The notes beneath the pieces were generated by a model that was not told the origin of the DNA, searched no databases, and saw only the letters and a list, made by a program, of their open reading frames with translations. This document shows, in pieces, positions 29,497-43,702 of a stretch of DNA of 64,000 nt. The stretch is taken from the NCBI GenBank assembly GCA_964016885.1, contig OZ024766.1:17236001-17300000 (forward strand), given 5' to 3'. The position numbers and the translations under genes were made by a program. This DNA is from Eledone cirrhosa (taxonomy: Eukaryota). Numbering within the stretch: position 1 is the stretch's first letter; each line of letters opens with the position of its first letter.

Positions 29497-32400
29497 ATAA
29501 ATTGAAACAAAATGAAAACGAAATTTCATTTCTCACTCTTAGTATGGCACTTACTTAAATGTAAGTATGCATGTATACGTACATACATATATGTATACAG
29601 ACGTACAGTAGCATGCACATATACATATATATATATATATATATACACATATATATACATATGCATACAGGTACACATACATATATGCACGTATCAGTTT
29701 AGCGGCGCTAACGTCGCTTTGTTCGTTTGTAAACAAACTGAACAGCCTGAATTTATGCCATACGGTGTTAAGGCAACCACGTCACCTTTTTGTTCAACAC
29801 TGACACAGGAACGATGTACTAGTTTCAAGCTTGTTAGCTATCATCAGCACCGTTTACCCATCTGCCAGATAGTTGAACGTTCGAAAGTATATACTTTCCT
29901 TATGAAAATTAACGGCTGAGCAGCCTAATTTGCATATTGAGTGAGTTAAATCGGTTAGGCATACCGAAAACGATAAATTGAAACAAAATGAAAACGAAAT
30001 TTCATTTCTCACTCTTAGTATGGCACTTACTTAAATGTAAGTATGCATGTATACGTACATACATATATGTATACAGACGTACAGTAGCATGCACATATAC
30101 ATATATATATATATATATATACACATATATATACATATGCATACAGGTACACATACATATATGCACGTATCAGTTTAGCGGCGCTAACGTCGCTTTGTTC
30201 GTTTGTAAACAAACTGAACAGCCTGAATTTATGCCATACGGTGTTAAGGCAACCACGTCACCTTTTTGTTCAACACTGACACAGGAACGATGTACTAGTT
30301 TCAAGCTTGTTAGCTATCATCAGCACCGTTTACCCATCTGCCAGATAGTTGAACGTTCGAAAGTATATACTTTCCTTATGAAAATTAACGGCTGAGCAGC
30401 CTAATTTGCATATTGAGTGAGTTAAATCGGTTAGGCATACCGAAAACGATAAATTGAAACAAAATGAAAACGAAATTTCATTTCTCACTCTTAGTATGGC
30501 ACTTACTTAAATGTAAGTATGCATGTATACGTACATACATATATGTATACAGACGTACAGTAGCATGCACATATACATATATATATATATATATATACAC
30601 ATATATATACATATGCATACAGGTACACATACATATATGCACGTATCAGTTTAGCGGCGCTAACGTCGCTTTGTTCGTTTGTAAACAAACTGAACAGCCT
30701 GAATTTATGCCATACGGTGTTAAGGCAACCACGTCACCTTTTTGTTCAACACTGACACAGGAACGATGTACTAGTTTCAAGCTTGTTAGCTATCATCAGC
30801 ACCGTTTACCCATCTGCCAGATAGTTGAACGTTCGAAAGTATATACTTTCCTTATGAAAATTAACGGCTGAGCAGCCTAATTTGCATATTGAGTGAGTTA
30901 AATCGGTTAGGCATACCGAAAACGATAAATTGAAACAAAATGAAAACGAAATTTCATTTCTCACTCTTAGTATGGCACTTACTTAAATGTAAGTATGCAT
31001 GTATACGTACATACATATATGTATACAGACGTACAGTAGCATGCACATATACATATATATATATATATATATACACATATATATACATATGCATACAGGT
31101 ACACATACATATATGCACGTATCAGTTTAGCGGCGCTAACGTCGCTTTGTTCGTTTGTAAACAAACTGAACAGCCTGAATTTATGCCATACGGTGTTAAG
31201 GCAACCACGTCACCTTTTTGTTCAACACTGACACAGGAACGATGTACTAGTTTCAAGCTTGTTAGCTATCATCAGCACCGTTTACCCATCTGCCAGATAG
31301 TTGAACGTTCGAAAGTATATACTTTCCTTATGAAAATTAACGGCTGAGCAGCCTAATTTGCATATTGAGTGAGTTAAATCGGTTAGGCATACCGAAAACG
31401 ATAAATTGAAACAAAATGAAAACGAAATTTCATTTCTCACTCTTAGTATGGCACTTACTTAAATGTAAGTATGCATGTATACGTACATACATATATGTAT
31501 ACAGACGTACAGTAGCATGCACATATACATATATATATATATATATATACACATATATATACATATGCATACAGGTACACATACATATATGCACGTATCA
31601 GTTTAGCGGCGCTAACGTCGCTTTGTTCGTTTGTAAACAAACTGAACAGCCTGAATTTATGCCATACGGTGTTAAGGCAACCACGTCACCTTTTTGTTCA
31701 ACACTGACACAGGAACGATGTACTAGTTTCAAGCTTGTTAGCTATCATCAGCACCGTTTACCCATCTGCCAGATAGTTGAACGTTCGAAAGTATATACTT
31801 TCCTTATGAAAATTAACGGCTGAGCAGCCTAATTTGCATATTGAGTGAGTTAAATCGGTTAGGCATACCGAAAACGATAAATTGAAACAAAATGAAAACG
31901 AAATTTCATTTCTCACTCTTAGTATGGCACTTACTTAAATGTAAGTATGCATGTATACGTACATACATATATGTATACAGACGTACAGTAGCATGCACAT
32001 ATACATATATATATATATATATATACACATATATATACATATGCATACAGGTACACATACATATATGCACGTATCAGTTTAGCGGCGCTAACGTCGCTTT
32101 GTTCGTTTGTAAACAAACTGAACAGCCTGAATTTATGCCATACGGTGTTAAGGCAACCACGTCACCTTTTTGTTCAACACTGACACAGGAACGATGTACT
32201 AGTTTCAAGCTTGTTAGCTATCATCAGCACCGTTTACCCATCTGCCAGATAGTTGAACGTTCGAAAGTATATACTTTCCTTATGAAAATTAACGGCTGAG
32301 CAGCCTAATTTGCATATTGAGTGAGTTAAATCGGTTAGGCATACCGAAAACGATAAATTGAAACAAAATGAAAACGAAATTTCATTTCTCACTCTTAGTA

Positions 32401-33322
32401 TGGCACTTACTTAAATGTAAGTATGCATGTATACGTACATACATATATGTATACAGACGTACAGTAGCATGCACATATACATATATATATATATATATAT
32501 ACACATATATATACATATGCATACAGGTACACATACATATATGCACGTATCAGTTTAGCGGCGCTAACGTCGCTTTGTTCGTTTGTAAACAAACTGAACA
32601 GCCTGAATTTATGCCATACGGTGTTAAGGCAACCACGTCACCTTTTTGTTCAACACTGACACAGGAACGATGTACTAGTTTCAAGCTTGTTAGCTATCAT
32701 CAGCACCGTTTACCCATCTGCCAGATAGTTGAACGTTCGAAAGTATATACTTTCCTTATGAAAATTAACGGCTGAGCAGCCTAATTTGCATATTGAGTGA
32801 GTTAAATCGGTTAGGCATACCGAAAACGATAAATTGAAACAAAATGAAAACGAAATTTCATTTCTCACTCTTAGTATGGCACTTACTTAAATGTAAGTAT
32901 GCATGTATACGTACATACATATATGTATACAGACGTACAGTAGCATGCACATATACATATATATATATATATATATACACATATATATACATATGCATAC
33001 AGGTACACATACATATATGCACGTATCAGTTTAGCGGCGCTAACGTCGCTTTGTTCGTTTGTAAACAAACTGAACAGCCTGAATTTATGCCATACGGTGT
33101 TAAGGCAACCACGTCACCTTTTTGTTCAACACTGACACAGGAACGATGTACTAGTTTCAAGCTTGTTAGCTATCATCAGCACCGTTTACCCATCTGCCAG
33201 ATAGTTGAACGTTCGAAAGTATATACTTTCCTTATGAAAATTAACGGCTGAGCAGCCTAATTTGCATATTGAGTGAGTTAAATCGGTTAGGCATACCGAA
33301 AACGATAAATTGAAACAAAATG
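29497..33322 (-). mobile_element. Retrozyme-like 476-bp tandem array, left arm: 8 units, hammerhead on minus strand
   Basis: Exact period of 476. Hammerhead at 29810-29854 and every 476 bp to 33142-33186. Confidence 0.88.
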
Positions 33323-36300
33323 AACAAAGCGACGTTAGCGCCGCTAAACTGATACGTGCATATATGTATGTGTACCTGTATGCATATGTATATATATGTG
33401 TATATATATATATATATATATGTATATGTGCATGCTACTGTACGTCTGTATACATATATGTATGTACGTATACATGCATACTTACATTTAAGTAAGTGCC
33501 ATACTAAGAGTGAGAAATGAAATTTCGTTTTCATTTTGTTTCAATTTATCGTTTTCGGTATGCCTAACCGATTTAACTCACTCAATATGCAAATTAGGCT
33601 GCTCAGCCGTTAATTTTCATAAGGAAAGTATATACTTTCGAACGTTCAACTATCTGGCAGATGGGTAAACGGTGCTGATGATAGCTAACAAGCTTGAAAC
33701 TAGTACATCGTTCCTGTGTCAGTGTTGAACAAAAAGGTGACGTGGTTGCCTTAACACCGTATGGCATAAATTCAGGCTGTTCAGTTTGTTTACAAACGAA
33801 CAAAGCGACGTTAGCGCCGCTAAACTGATACGTGCATATATGTATGTGTACCTGTATGCATATGTATATATATGTGTATATATATATATATATATATGTA
33901 TATGTGCATGCTACTGTACGTCTGTATACATATATGTATGTACGTATACATGCATACTTACATTTAAGTAAGTGCCATACTAAGAGTGAGAAATGAAATT
34001 TCGTTTTCATTTTGTTTCAATTTATCGTTTTCGGTATGCCTAACCGATTTAACTCACTCAATATGCAAATTAGGCTGCTCAGCCGTTAATTTTCATAAGG
34101 AAAGTATATACTTTCGAACGTTCAACTATCTGGCAGATGGGTAAACGGTGCTGATGATAGCTAACAAGCTTGAAACTAGTACATCGTTCCTGTGTCAGTG
34201 TTGAACAAAAAGGTGACGTGGTTGCCTTAACACCGTATGGCATAAATTCAGGCTGTTCAGTTTGTTTACAAACGAACAAAGCGACGTTAGCGCCGCTAAA
34301 CTGATACGTGCATATATGTATGTGTACCTGTATGCATATGTATATATATGTGTATATATATATATATATATATGTATATGTGCATGCTACTGTACGTCTG
34401 TATACATATATGTATGTACGTATACATGCATACTTACATTTAAGTAAGTGCCATACTAAGAGTGAGAAATGAAATTTCGTTTTCATTTTGTTTCAATTTA
34501 TCGTTTTCGGTATGCCTAACCGATTTAACTCACTCAATATGCAAATTAGGCTGCTCAGCCGTTAATTTTCATAAGGAAAGTATATACTTTCGAACGTTCA
34601 ACTATCTGGCAGATGGGTAAACGGTGCTGATGATAGCTAACAAGCTTGAAACTAGTACATCGTTCCTGTGTCAGTGTTGAACAAAAAGGTGACGTGGTTG
34701 CCTTAACACCGTATGGCATAAATTCAGGCTGTTCAGTTTGTTTACAAACGAACAAAGCGACGTTAGCGCCGCTAAACTGATACGTGCATATATGTATGTG
34801 TACCTGTATGCATATGTATATATATGTGTATATATATATATATATATATGTATATGTGCATGCTACTGTACGTCTGTATACATATATGTATGTACGTATA
34901 CATGCATACTTACATTTAAGTAAGTGCCATACTAAGAGTGAGAAATGAAATTTCGTTTTCATTTTGTTTCAATTTATCGTTTTCGGTATGCCTAACCGAT
35001 TTAACTCACTCAATATGCAAATTAGGCTGCTCAGCCGTTAATTTTCATAAGGAAAGTATATACTTTCGAACGTTCAACTATCTGGCAGATGGGTAAACGG
35101 TGCTGATGATAGCTAACAAGCTTGAAACTAGTACATCGTTCCTGTGTCAGTGTTGAACAAAAAGGTGACGTGGTTGCCTTAACACCGTATGGCATAAATT
35201 CAGGCTGTTCAGTTTGTTTACAAACGAACAAAGCGACGTTAGCGCCGCTAAACTGATACGTGCATATATGTATGTGTACCTGTATGCATATGTATATATA
35301 TGTGTATATATATATATATATATATGTATATGTGCATGCTACTGTACGTCTGTATACATATATGTATGTACGTATACATGCATACTTACATTTAAGTAAG
35401 TGCCATACTAAGAGTGAGAAATGAAATTTCGTTTTCATTTTGTTTCAATTTATCGTTTTCGGTATGCCTAACCGATTTAACTCACTCAATATGCAAATTA
35501 GGCTGCTCAGCCGTTAATTTTCATAAGGAAAGTATATACTTTCGAACGTTCAACTATCTGGCAGATGGGTAAACGGTGCTGATGATAGCTAACAAGCTTG
35601 AAACTAGTACATCGTTCCTGTGTCAGTGTTGAACAAAAAGGTGACGTGGTTGCCTTAACACCGTATGGCATAAATTCAGGCTGTTCAGTTTGTTTACAAA
35701 CGAACAAAGCGACGTTAGCGCCGCTAAACTGATACGTGCATATATGTATGTGTACCTGTATGCATATGTATATATATGTGTATATATATATATATATATA
35801 TGTATATGTGCATGCTACTGTACGTCTGTATACATATATGTATGTACGTATACATGCATACTTACATTTAAGTAAGTGCCATACTAAGAGTGAGAAATGA
35901 AATTTCGTTTTCATTTTGTTTCAATTTATCGTTTTCGGTATGCCTAACCGATTTAACTCACTCAATATGCAAATTAGGCTGCTCAGCCGTTAATTTTCAT
36001 AAGGAAAGTATATACTTTCGAACGTTCAACTATCTGGCAGATGGGTAAACGGTGCTGATGATAGCTAACAAGCTTGAAACTAGTACATCGTTCCTGTGTC
36101 AGTGTTGAACAAAAAGGTGACGTGGTTGCCTTAACACCGTATGGCATAAATTCAGGCTGTTCAGTTTGTTTACAAACGAACAAAGCGACGTTAGCGCCGC
36201 TAAACTGATACGTGCATATATGTATGTGTACCTGTATGCATATGTATATATATGTGTATATATATATATATGTGTATGTGCATGCTACTGTACGTCTGTA

Positions 36301-38235
36301 TACATATATGTATGTACGTATACATGCATACTTACATTTAAGTAAGTGCCATACTAAGAGTGAGAAATGAAATTTCGTTTTCATTTTGTTTCAATTTATC
36401 GTTTTCGGTATGCCTAACCGATTTAACTCACTCAATATGCAAATTAGGCTGCTCAGCCGTTAATTTTCATAAGGAAAGTATATACTTTCGAACGTTCAAC
36501 TATCTGGCAGATGGGTAAACGGTGCTGATGATAGCTAACAAGCTTGAAACTAGTACATCGTTCCTGTGTCAGTGTTGAACAAAAAGGTGACGTGGTTGCC
36601 TTAACACCGTATGGCATAAATTCAGGCTGTTCAGTTTGTTTACAAACGAACAAAGCGACGTTAGCGCCGCTAAACTGATACGTGCATATATGTATGTGTA
36701 CCTGTATGCATATGTATATATATGTGTATATATATATATATATATATGTATATGTGCATGCTACTGTACGTCTGTATACATATATGTATGTACGTATACA
36801 TGCATACTTACATTTAAGTAAGTGCCATACTAAGAGTGAGAAATGAAATTTCGTTTTCATTTTGTTTCAATTTATCGTTTTCGGTATGCCTAACCGATTT
36901 AACTCACTCAATATGCAAATTAGGCTGCTCAGCCGTTAATTTTCATAAGGAAAGTATATACTTTCGAACGTTCAACTATCTGGCAGATGGGTAAACGGTG
37001 CTGATGATAGCTAACAAGCTTGAAACTAGTACATCGTTCCTGTGTCAGTGTTGAACAAAAAGGTGACGTGGTTGCCTTAACACCGTATGGCATAAATTCA
37101 GGCTGTTCAGTTTGTTTACAAACGAACAAAGCGACGTTAGCGCCGCTAAACTGATACGTGCATATATGTATGTGTACCTGTATGCATATGTATATATATG
37201 TGTATATATATATATATATATATGTATATGTGCATGCTACTGTACGTCTGTATACATATATGTATGTACGTATACATGCATACTTACATTTAAGTAAGTG
37301 CCATACTAAGAGTGAGAAATGAAATTTCGTTTTCATTTTGTTTCAATTTATCGTTTTCGGTATGCCTAACCGATTTAACTCACTCAATATGCAAATTAGG
37401 CTGCTCAGCCGTTAATTTTCATAAGGAAAGTATATACTTTCGAACGTTCAACTATCTGGCAGATGGGTAAACGGTGCTGATGATAGCTAACAAGCTTGAA
37501 ACTAGTACATCGTTCCTGTGTCAGTGTTGAACAAAAAGGTGACGTGGTTGTCTTAACACCGTATGGCATAAATTCAGGCTGTTCAGTTTGTTTACAAACG
37601 AACAAAGCGACGTTAGCGCCGCTAAACTGATACGTGCATATATGTATGTGTACCTGTATGCATATGTATATATATGTGTATATATATATATATATATATG
37701 TATATGTGCATGCTACTGTACGTCTGTATACATATATGTATGTACGTATACATGCATACTTACATTTAAGTAAGTGCCATACTAAGAGTGAGAAATGAAA
37801 TTTCGTTTTCATTTTGTTTCAATTTATCGTTTTCGGTATGCCTAACCGATTTAACTCACTCAATATGCAAATTAGGCTGCTCAGCCGTTAATTTTCATAA
37901 GGAAAGTATATACTTTCGAACGTTCAACTATCTGGCAGATGGGTAAACGGTGCTGATGATAGCTAACAAGCTTGAAACTAGTACATCGTTCCTGTGTCAG
38001 TGTTGAACAAAAAGGTGACGTGGTTGCCTTAACACCGTATGGCATAAATTCAGGCTGTTCAGTTTGTTTACAAACGAACAAAGCGACGTTAGCGCCGCTA
38101 AACTGATACGTGCATATATGTATGTGTACCTGTATGCATATGTATATATATGTGTATATATATATATATATATATGTATATGTGCATGCTACTGTACGTC
38201 TGTATACATATATGTATGTACGTATACATGCATAC
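33323..38235 (+). mobile_element. Retrozyme-like 476-bp tandem array, right arm: ~10.3 units, hammerhead on plus strand
   Basis: Reverse complement of the left arm. Hammerheads start at 33668, 34144, 34620, 35096, 35572, 36048, 36518, 36994, 37470 and 37946. One unit is 470 bp (shorter AT tract). Confidence 0.88.
33668..33712 (+). ncRNA. Minimal type I hammerhead ribozyme (representative of 18 copies)
   Basis: AACGGTG-CTGATGA-T AGCT AACA AGCT T-GAAA-CTAG-TA|CATCGTT: 7-bp stem I, 4-bp stem II, palindromic ACTAGT stem III, predicted GUA cleavage after 33705. Confidence 0.88.
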
Positions 38236-38310
38236 ATATATATATATATATATTCATATATGTATATATATATATGTATGTATATATATATATATATATA
38301 TTCATATATG

Positions 38311-38342
<32 letters not shown>

Positions 38343-38354
38343 TATTCATATATG

Positions 38355-38386
<32 letters not shown>

Positions 38387-38422
38387 CATATATGTATATA
38401 TATATATGTATATATATATATG

Positions 38423-38478
<56 letters not shown>

Positions 38479-39195
38479 CATATATATATATATATATATA
38501 GTTTTGTGAGGTTTTTTATGTGAAATCGTGTGTCTAAACAAATAATGTTATACTTGGGGAGGGTCATATTTGTGTAATATTGCCAGAATTAATAACAGAA
38601 CACACTCACTGTTTGGTTGGTTTTCGCTTTTCGCTTCTGTGTCTTTTATATCGGTAATCTAATTTATTTGGTCCTCAATGTTGCCATTGACTGACCAACG
38701 GTCAAAAATAATACAGATACAATATAGACACAAACACATATATATAGTTTATCAAAGTTCTTTCGTTGCACATCTGCAACATCGTCAGTGGTGCTATTGT
38801 TTCCTCCCGTTACATTGTATGTCTACACCATTTTTATTTAGTCTGTCTATATATTTATTTATTTGTTTGTTTGTTTATTTTATTTTGTCTTCTTTGAGCA
38901 TGCGTTTGCGTGTGTGTATAGTGTTTTGTTTGATGTGTGTTCGTGATTGGGTGACTGTGTATCGGTTAATGTATTCTATCTTCTCTAGTGTGTGTTTATA
39001 TGTGTTTGTTGTTCTTGTGTATGTATTTATTTATTTATTTATTCATTTATACTTCTCTTAGGTCAGTGTTGTTTGTTTGGGTGTTGTTGTTATTCCATTC
39101 ATTTTTTCTGTTTAGTCTTGGCCTTCTAAGTTCTATTTCACTGACCTCTCTGATTTGCCTAACTGCCTAACATATTATTCTAATTTCTATGTTGT

Positions 39196-39385
39196 CTATC
39201 TTACCGTCGTGTTGTTGTCTGGCATGTTCGTATAGTACTGAACCGTTTTTCGTCCTTTTAGTTCCCCCCAGTGTTGGTCTATCCTTTCACCTATGCTACG
39301 AGCTGTCTCACCTATGTATGTTGTTGTCATGTTTCTGCAAGTAACCTCTGTACATCTTATGCTATAGACTACGTTTCTAGTTTTA
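39196..39385 (-). mobile_element. Penelope-like GIY-YIG endonuclease fragment
   Basis: [34 protein letters not shown] is the GIY-YIG motif. Confidence 0.75.
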
Positions 39386-39648
39386 ATATATATATAATAA
39401 TATATATATATAAATATATAATATATATATAATATATATATATAATATATATATATAATATATATATATAATATATATATATAATATATATATATAATAT
39501 ATATATATATAATATATATATATATATGATATATATATATATGATATATATATATATAATATATATATATAATATATATATATATATAATATATATATAA
39601 TAAATATATATATAATATATATATATATAATATATATATATATAATAT

Positions 39649-39680
<32 letters not shown>

Positions 39681-39789
39681 GATATATATATATATATATA
39701 ATATATATAATATATATATATATTATATATATATATATATAATATATATATAAATATATATATAATATATATAAATATATATATATATA

Positions 39790-39845
39790 AATGTAAGTAT
39801 GTATGTATACGTACATACATATATGTATACAGACGTACAGTAGCA

Positions 39846-39920
<75 letters not shown>

Positions 39921-40094
39921 GCATACAGGTACACATATATATATGCACGCATCAGTTTAGTCGACATTTATTATAATGCCGGCCGCTTTGTTCGTTTGTT
40001 TGTCAACAAAGCGAACAGCCTGAATTTATGCCATACGGTGTTAAGGCAATATATATATGTGTACCTGTGCATATATATATGTGTACCTGTATGC

Positions 40095-40133
<39 letters not shown>

Positions 40134-40574
40134 TGCTACTGTACGTCTGTACACATATATGTATGTACGTATACATGCATACTTACATTTAAGTAAGTGC
40201 CATACTAAGAGTGAGAAATGAAATTTCGTTTTCATTTTGTTTCAACTTATCGTTTTCGGTATGCCTGACCAATTTAACTCACTCAATATGCAAATTAGGC
40301 TGCTCAGCCGTTAATTTTCATAAGGAAAGTATATACTTCGAACGTTCAACTATCTGGCAGATGGGTAAACGGTGGTGATGATAGCTAACAAGCTTGAAAC
40401 TAGTACATCGTTCCTGTGTCAGTGTTGAACAAAAAGGTGACGTGGTTGCCTTAACACCGTATGGCATAAATTCAGGCTGTTCGCTTTGTTGACAAACAAA
40501 CGAACAAAGCGGCCGGCGTTATAATAAACGTAGGCTAAACTGATGCGTGCATATATATATGTGTACCTGTATGC

Positions 40575-40641
<67 letters not shown>

Positions 40642-40752
40642 TGCTACTGTACGTCTGTACACATCTATGTATGTACGTATACATGCATACTTACATTTAA
40701 GTAAGTGCCATACTAAGAGTGAGAAATGAAATTTCGTTTTCATTTTTTTCAA

Positions 40753-40755
<3 letters not shown>
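39790..40755. mobile_element. Diverged subfamily copy of the 476-bp element, with its own inversion at ~40050
   Basis: 39790-40049 is in the left-arm orientation and 40050-40755 in the opposite one. The hammerhead core is mutated to GTGATGA at ~40375, and a variant segment (TTTATTATAA..GCCGGCCGC) is present. Confidence 0.85.
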
Positions 40756-40838
<83 letters not shown>

Positions 40839-40890
40839 ATATATATTATATATATATATATATTATATATTATATATATATATTATATAT

Positions 40891-40945
<55 letters not shown>

Positions 40946-41165
40946 ATATATATTATATATATATATATATATTATATATTATATATATATATTATATATT
41001 ATATATATATATTATATATATATATATATATTATATATATATATATTATATATATATATATATTATATATATATTATATATATATTATATATATTTTATA
41101 TATATATATATATATTATATATATATATATATTATATATATTATATATAATATATATATTATATA

Positions 41166-41214
<49 letters not shown>

Positions 41215-41246
41215 TATATATATATATATTATATATATATATAATA

Positions 41247-41305
<59 letters not shown>

Positions 41306-41515
41306 ATTATATATATATATATATTTTATATATATTATATTATATATATATTATATATATATATATATATTTTATATATATTATATTATATATATATATT
41401 ATATATATATATATATATTATATATATATATATATATTATATATATATATATATTATATATATATATATATTATATATATATATATATTATATATATATA
41501 TATATTATATATATA

Positions 41516-41559
<44 letters not shown>

Positions 41560-41741
41560 ATATATTATATATATATATATACTATATTATATATATATAT
41601 ATTATATATTATATATATATATATTATATATTATATATATATATATGATATATATATATTATATATTATATATATATATATTATATATTATATATATATA
41701 TATTATATATATATATATTATATATTATATATATATATATG

Positions 41742-41772
<31 letters not shown>

Positions 41773-41795
41773 ATATTATATATATTATATATATA

Positions 41796-41833
<38 letters not shown>

Positions 41834-41957
41834 TATATTATATATTATATATACATATATATATTATATATATATATATATATATATTATGTATATATAT
41901 ATTATATATATTATATATATATATATTATATATATATATATTATATATATATATATT
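40756..41957. repeat. (AT)n/(ATT) compound microsatellite
   Basis: Seen directly; similar tracts at 24290-24657, 39385-39790 and 45303-46136. Confidence 0.97.
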
Positions 41958-43499
41958 CATCATCATCATCATCACCGTTTTACGTCCGTTCTTCCACGCT
42001 AGCATGGGTTAGACGGGTTGTCCTGTTGTGGGCAGTGTCTGGTCGGCTGACCATGCCTTGCTCATACAGGAACTGATCTGGCTTGATTTCTACAGCTGGA
42101 TGCCCTTCCTAACACCAACCTCATTTACAGTGAGTGCTGGGTGCTTTTTCGTGGCGCCTACACGTCCACTTTACAGTGTGGGCTGGGTGCTTTTTTGCCG
42201 TGGCACCTCCACGACCACCTTGCGGTGGGGGGGGGGGGGCATATTGTTTATATGCTTCAGCATGTACCCATGGGAGGTCGGGTACCCTGTATTACTGCGT
42301 GACGCCAGAAGTCACGGTCGTGTGTCATTGACTTTGAGAGGTGTAGTTGGGTAAGGTCGGCTTTTATCACCTCATCCCAAGTCATCTTGGGTCTCCCCAC
42401 TCCGCGGTTTCCATCAACTTCTAGTGCTCTGCACCTTTTTATGCAGCTGTCATCCTTCATACGCATCACATGTCCATACCAGCGTAACCGCCTCTCCTGC
42501 ACGCAGCATTTGATTCCTCTTATGCTCAGTCTCTCTCTCAATTCATTTATGCTTTGTCGTTCACGTATATTACTGTTACACATCCATCGGAGCATGCAGG
42601 CTTCGTTTCTCTCTAATCTACGTAAGTCTTCCACCTTCAGCGCCCAGGTCTCACTACCATGCAACATCGCTGTTCGGATACACGCATCATACAGTCTGCC
42701 TTTCATTCTGAGGGAGAAGCCTTTTGCAGCTAGCAGTGGTAGTAGTTCCCTAAACTTCTTCCATCCCGTTCTTACCCTAGTTATTGTACTTTCTGAGCAC
42801 CCACCTCCGTTGCTAATTCGGTCACCTAGGTAGCAGAAGCTGTCTACTGTTTCTACAGGGCTCTCCCAGAGATTGGTGGTACTTGTTTCCTGTGGCTGTT
42901 TGCTTGCTGTTTCAGCACAGCTGCTGCATGTGAATCCTACATTCTTAATTAAGCTTCCTGAGATCCCGCTACATCTCTTGTGTACCCATTGTTTGCATTT
43001 GGGGCAAAGAATGGAGTTCCTACCTACACCTTTCCTACATACTGAGCAAGGCCATTTCCCTGAGGGGATCTGGGTTCTGTTTTCTCGTCTACTTATAAGG
43101 ACCTTAGTCTTTGTCATGTTGACTTTGAGGCCCTTTCTCTCTAGTCCCTGCTTCCAGGTTTGGAATTTATTCTCTAGTTCTACCATAGATTCAGCTATGA
43201 GTGCGAGGTCATCAGCATACAGGAGTTCCCATGGGCATCCGGTCTTAAACTCCTCCGTTATTGCCTGCAGGACTATGATGAACAGGAGAGGGCTAAGAAC
43301 AGAGCCCTGGTGGACCCCAACCTGTACGCTAAATTCCTCGCTATACTCATTGCCAATCCTAACTTTGCTGACTGCTCCCCTATACATGGCTTGTACCGCT
43401 TTCACAAGCCATTCATCTACTCCTAGTTTTCTAAGAGCCCACCAGATTACTGCACGTGGAACTCTGTCAAAGGCTTTCTCAAGGTCGACAAATGCCAAG

Positions 43500-43500
<1 letters not shown>
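41958..43500 (-). mobile_element. 5'-truncated RTE-clade LINE (second subfamily), open 413-aa RT frame 42257-43498 plus 3' UTR and (GAT)n tail
   Basis: FVDLEKAFD, GVHQGSVLSP, LLYADD, YLG and RRLRWYGHV motifs; paralogous to the triplicated element. Confidence 0.93.
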
Positions 43501-43546
<46 letters not shown>

Positions 43547-43702
43547 ATTATATATTATATATATATATTATATATTATATATATATATTATATATTATAT
43601 ATACATATATATATTATATATATATATATTATATATATATATATTATATATATATATATTATATATATTATATATATTATATATATATATATATTATATA
43701 TT

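Noticed and set aside
29512-29919. 135-aa ORF repeated in every 476-bp unit
   Set aside because: It runs through a microsatellite, has no recognisable domain, is antisense to the ribozyme and is disrupted in the diverged copy.
33477-33500. ATACTTAC resembling the U1 snRNA 5' end near an octamer
   Set aside because: The match stops after 8 nt (no CTGG), and there are no U1 stem-loops or Sm site.
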